Source: Azolla caroliniana
Lineage: Eukaryota > Plantae > Polypodiophyta
Length of the DNA stretch: 64,000 nucleotides
Direction: 5' to 3'
Assembly: GCA_043228905.1 (NCBI GenBank)
Contig: JBHGNT010000012.1
Span: 8,060,001 to 8,124,000 of the forward strand
Positions 59,801-64,000 of this stretch are shown one piece after another. The notes beneath the pieces were generated by a model. The model saw only the letters and a program-made list of their open reading frames with translations, was not told where the DNA came from and made no database searches. The translations under genes were made by a program, and so were the position numbers. Each line of letters starts with the position of its first letter. The stretch's first letter is position 1.

Positions 59801-62800
59801 GATAGAGAAACAGAGATTGGAGGCCGACGAAGCGTACAAAGAGGACTGTATGAAAACGTTGAAATGTATATCAATTATGTTACATTACTGAATAAAGAAA
59901 ATAGTTTTGATTAAAAAATATGCACGTTTTCTGTGATTTAAGGTATACATGTTTTCTATGTCAATGTCAAGCTATAGAGGCCATGGCGGTTGATGTAGGG
60001 AGGAAGCCCGCAGAGAGAGAAACAGAGTTGGAGGCCGACGAAGCCGATAGAGAGGAAATGTATGAAAACGTAGAAATGTATATCAATTATATTACATTAC
60101 TAAATGAAGAAAATGATTTGAGCAAAAAATATGCACGTTTTCTTTGATTTAAGGTATGCATGTTTTCTATGTCATTGTCAAGCTACAGAGGCCATGGCGT
60201 TGGATGTATCGAGGAAACCCGTAGACAAAGAAAAAGAGATTAGACGCTAAGGAAACCTACAAAGAGGAAATGTATGAAAACGTTGACATGTATATCAATT
60301 ATGTTATATTACTATATGAAGAATATAGAATTAAGCAAAAAATATGCACGTTTTCTTTGATTTAAGGCATGCATGTTTTCTATGTCATTGTCAAGTTACA
60401 GAGGCCATGGCGGTGGATGTATCAAGGACGCACGCAGATAGGGAAACAGAGATTGGAGGCCGAGGAAGCCTACGGAGAGGAATGTATGAAAACGTTCAAA
60501 TATATATCAATTATGTTACAATACTGAATGAAGAAAATAGATTTGATTAAAAAATATGCACGTTTTCTGTGATTTAAGGTATACATGTTTTCTATGTCAT
60601 TGTCAAGCTACAGAGGCCATGGCGGTTGATGTAGCGAGGAAGCCCGCAGAGAGAGAAACAGAGTTGGAGGCCGACGAAGCCGATAGAGAGGAAATGTATG
60701 AAAACGTAGAAATGTATATCAATTATGTTACATTACTAAATGAAGAAAATGATTTGAGCAAAAAATATGCACGTTTTCTTTGATTTAAGGTATGCATGTT
60801 TTCTATGTCGTTGTCAAGCTACAAAGGCCATGGCGGTGGATGTATCGAGGAAGCCCGCAAAGAGAGAAACAGAGATTGGAGGTCGGGGAAGACTACAAAG
60901 AGGAAATGTATGAAAACGTTGAAATGTATATCAATTATGTTACATTACTAAATGAAGAAAATCGATTTGAGCAAAAAATATGCACGTTTTCTTTGATTTA
61001 AGGTATGCATGTTTTCTATGTCATTGTCAAGCTAGAGAGGCCATGGCGATGGATGTATGGAGGAAGCCCGTAGAGAGAGAAACAAAGATTGGAGGCCGAG
61101 GAAGCCTACAGAGAGGAAATGTATGAAAACGTTGAAATGTATATCAATGATGTTACATTACTGAATGAAGAAAATAGATTTGACTAAAAAATATGCACGT
61201 TTTCTGTGATTTAAGGTATGCATGTTTTCTATGTCATTGTCAAGTTATAGAGGCCATGGCGGTCGATGTATCAAGGAAGCATGGAGATAGAGAAACAGAG
61301 ATTGGAGGCCGACGAAGCGTACAAAGAGGAATGTATGAAAACGTTGAAATGTATATCAATTATGTTACATTACTGAATAAAGAAAATAGCTTTGATTAAA
61401 AAATATGCACATTTTCTGTGATTTAAGGTATACATGTTTTATATGTCATTGTCAAGCTATAGAGGCCATGGCGGTTGATGTAGCGAGGAAGCCCGCAGAG
61501 AGAGAAACAGAGTTGGAGGCCGACGAAGCCGATAGAGAGGAAATGTATGAAAACGTAGAAATGTATATCAATTATGTTACATTACTAAATGAAGAAAATG
61601 ATTTGAGCAAAAAATATACACGTTTTCTTTGATTTAAGGTATGGATGTTTTCTATGTCGTTGTCAAGCTACAGAGGCCATGGCGGTGAATGTATCGAGGA
61701 AGCCCGCAAAGAGAGAAACAGAGATTGGAGGTCGGGGAAGACTACAAAGAGGAAATGTATGAAAACGTTGAAATGTATATCAATTATGTTACATTACTAA
61801 ATGAAGAAAATCGATTTGAGCAAAAAATATGCACGTTTTCTTTGATTTAAGGTATGCATGTTTTCTATGTCATTGTCAAGCTAGAGAGGCCATGGCGATG
61901 GATGTATGGAGGAAGCCCGTAGAGAGAGAAACAAAGATTGGAGGCCGAGGAAGCCTACAGAGAGGAAATGTATGAAAACGTTGAAATGTATATCAATTAT
62001 GTTACATTACTGAATGAAGAAAATAGATTTGACTAAAAAATATGCACGTTTTCTGTGATTTAAGGTATGCATGTTTTCTATGTCATTGTCAAGTTATAGA
62101 GGCCATGGCGGTCGATGTATCAAGGAAGCATGGAGATAGAGAAACAGAGATTGGAGGCCGACGAAGCGTACAAAGAGGAATGTATGAAAACGTTGAAATG
62201 TATATCAATTATGTTACATTACTGAATAAAGAAAATAGCTTTGATTAAAAAATATGCACGTTTTCTGTGATTTAAGGTATACATGTTTTCTATGTCATTG
62301 TCAAGCTATAGAGGCCATGGCGGTTGATGTAGGGAGGAAGCCCGCAGAGAGAGAAACAGAGTTGGAGGCCGACGAAGCCGATAGAGAGGAAATGTATGAA
62401 AACGTAGAAATGTATATCAATTATGTTACATTACTAAATGAAGAAAATGATTTGAGCAAAAAATATGCACGTTTTCTTTGATTTAAGGTATGCATGTTTT
62501 CTATGTCGTTGTCAAGCTACAAAGGCCATGGCGGTGGATGTATCGAGGAAGCCCGCAAAGAGAGAAACAGAGATTGGAGGTCGGGGAAGACTACAAAGAG
62601 GAAATGTATGAAAACGTTGAAATGTATATCAATTATGTTACATTACTGAATGAAGAAAATAGATTTGACTAAAAAATATGCACGTTTTCTGTGATTTAAG
62701 GTATGCATGTTTTCTATGTCATTGTCAAGTTATAGAGGCCATGGCAATCGATGTATCAAGGAAGCATGGAGATAGAGAAACAGAGATTGGAGGCCGACGA

Positions 62801-64000
62801 AGCGTACAAAGAGGAATGTATGAAAACGTTGAAATGTATATCAATTATGTTACATTACTAAATGAAGCAATTAGATTTGACTAAAAAATATGCACGTTTT
62901 CTGTGATTTAAGGTATGCATGTTTTCTATGTCATTGTCAAGTTATAGAGGCCATGGCGGTCGATGTATCAAGGAAGCATGGAGATAGAGAAACAGAGATT
63001 GGAGGCCGACGAAGCGTACAAAGAGGAATGTATGAAAACGTTGAAATGTATATCAATTATGTTACATTACTGAATAAAGAAAATAGCTTTGATTAAAAAA
63101 TATGCACGTTTTCTGTGATTTAAGGTATACATGTTTTCTATGTCATTGTCAAGCTATAGAGGCCATGGCGGTTGATGTAGGGAGGAAGCCCGTAGAGAGA
63201 GAAACAGAGTTGGAGGCCGACGAAGCCGATAGAGAGGAAATGTATGAAAACGTAGAAATGTATATCAATTATGTTACATTACTAAATGAAGAAAATGATT
63301 TGAGCAAAAAATATGCACGTTTTCTTTGATTTAAGGTATGCATGTTTTCTATGTCGTTGTCAAGCTACAAAGGCCATGGCGGTGGATGTATCGAGGAAGC
63401 CCGCAAAAAGAGAAACAGAGATTGGAGGTCGGGGAAGACTACAAAGAGGAAATGTATGAAAACGTTGAAATGTATATCAATTATGTTACATTACTGAATG
63501 AAGAAAATAGATTTGACTAAAAAATATGCACGTTTTCTGTGATTTAAGGTATGCATGTTTTCTATGTCATTGTCAAGTTATAGAGGCCATGGCGGTCGAC
63601 GTATCAAGGAAGCATGGAGATAGAGAAACAGAGATTGGAGGCCGACGAAGCGTACAAAGAGGAATGTATGAAAACGTTGAAATGTATATCAATTATGTTA
63701 CATTACTGAATAAAGAAAATAGCTTTGATTAAAAAATATGCACATTTTCTGTGATTTAAGGTATACATGTTTTATATGTCATTGTCAAGCTATAGAGGCC
63801 ATGGCGGTTGATGTAGGGAGGAAGCCCGCAGAGAGAGAAACAGAGTTGGAGGCCGACGAAGCCGATAGAGAGGAAATGTATGAAAACGTAGAAATGTATA
63901 TCAATTATGTTACATTACTAAATGAAGAAAATGATTTGAGCGAAAAATATACACGTTTTCTTTGATTTAAGGTATGGATGTTTTCTATGTCGTTGTCAAG
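41770..64000. repeat. Tandem satellite array, ~212-bp monomer, about 105 copies, with higher-order repeats; runs off the window end
   Basis: Recurring unit TGTCAAGCTACAGAGGCCATGGCGGTGGATGTATCGAGGAAGCCC...GAAATGTATGAAAACGTTGAAATGTATATCAATTATGTTACATTAC...GATTTAAGGTATGCATGTTTTCTATG; ORF-track periodicities of 212, 849, 4032, 4297 and 5516 bp. Confidence 0.98.

Noticed and set aside
41699-63965. Dozens of 60-77-aa ORFs (MHVF...) as a tandem small-protein gene family
   Set aside because: They come from different frames of the same satellite monomer, switch frame with 1-bp indels and have no recognisable domain.
41770-64000. CRISPR array or 5S rDNA array
   Set aside because: There are no unique spacers because the whole unit is repeated, no cas genes, a eukaryotic context, and no 5S rRNA sequence in the monomer.

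Overview
Eukaryotic, plant-type repetitive DNA with no intact host gene. The retroelement lineages suggest a non-seed plant such as a fern, lycophyte or moss, which is an inference. Positions 1-40.4 kb are a nest of LTR retrotransposons, resolved by LTR termini, PBS/PPT and target-site duplications (TSD). Copia A (+) holds Copia B (-, 718-9329, TSD TGCAT), which holds a very young non-coding LTR element C (-, 1947-5336, TSD CCGAG). A is then interrupted by tRNA-Trp-type Gypsy E (-), whose 3' LTR holds Gypsy D (+, 11913-20377, 4-bp TSD GCGG); D has a poly(A)-tailed insertion in its 5' LTR. Next come a tandem Athila/Tat-like Gypsy F with a long extra coiled-coil ORF (21671-33369), a second copy of E (33370-36399) and a truncated Gypsy G (36400-40333). 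From about 41.5 kb to the window end is a ~212-bp satellite with a diverged edge and layered higher-order repeats (4-mer 849 bp, 19-mer 4032 bp, 26-mer 5516 bp). Most notable: (1) element F appears to have a sense copy of the primer tRNA 3' end (an inverted PBS) where the polypurine tract should be; (2) a tRNA-like Pol III A-box/B-box module is conserved in the LTRs of two different Gypsy families; (3) the satellite monomer resembles an amplified exon+intron unit whose progenitor lies in the flank.
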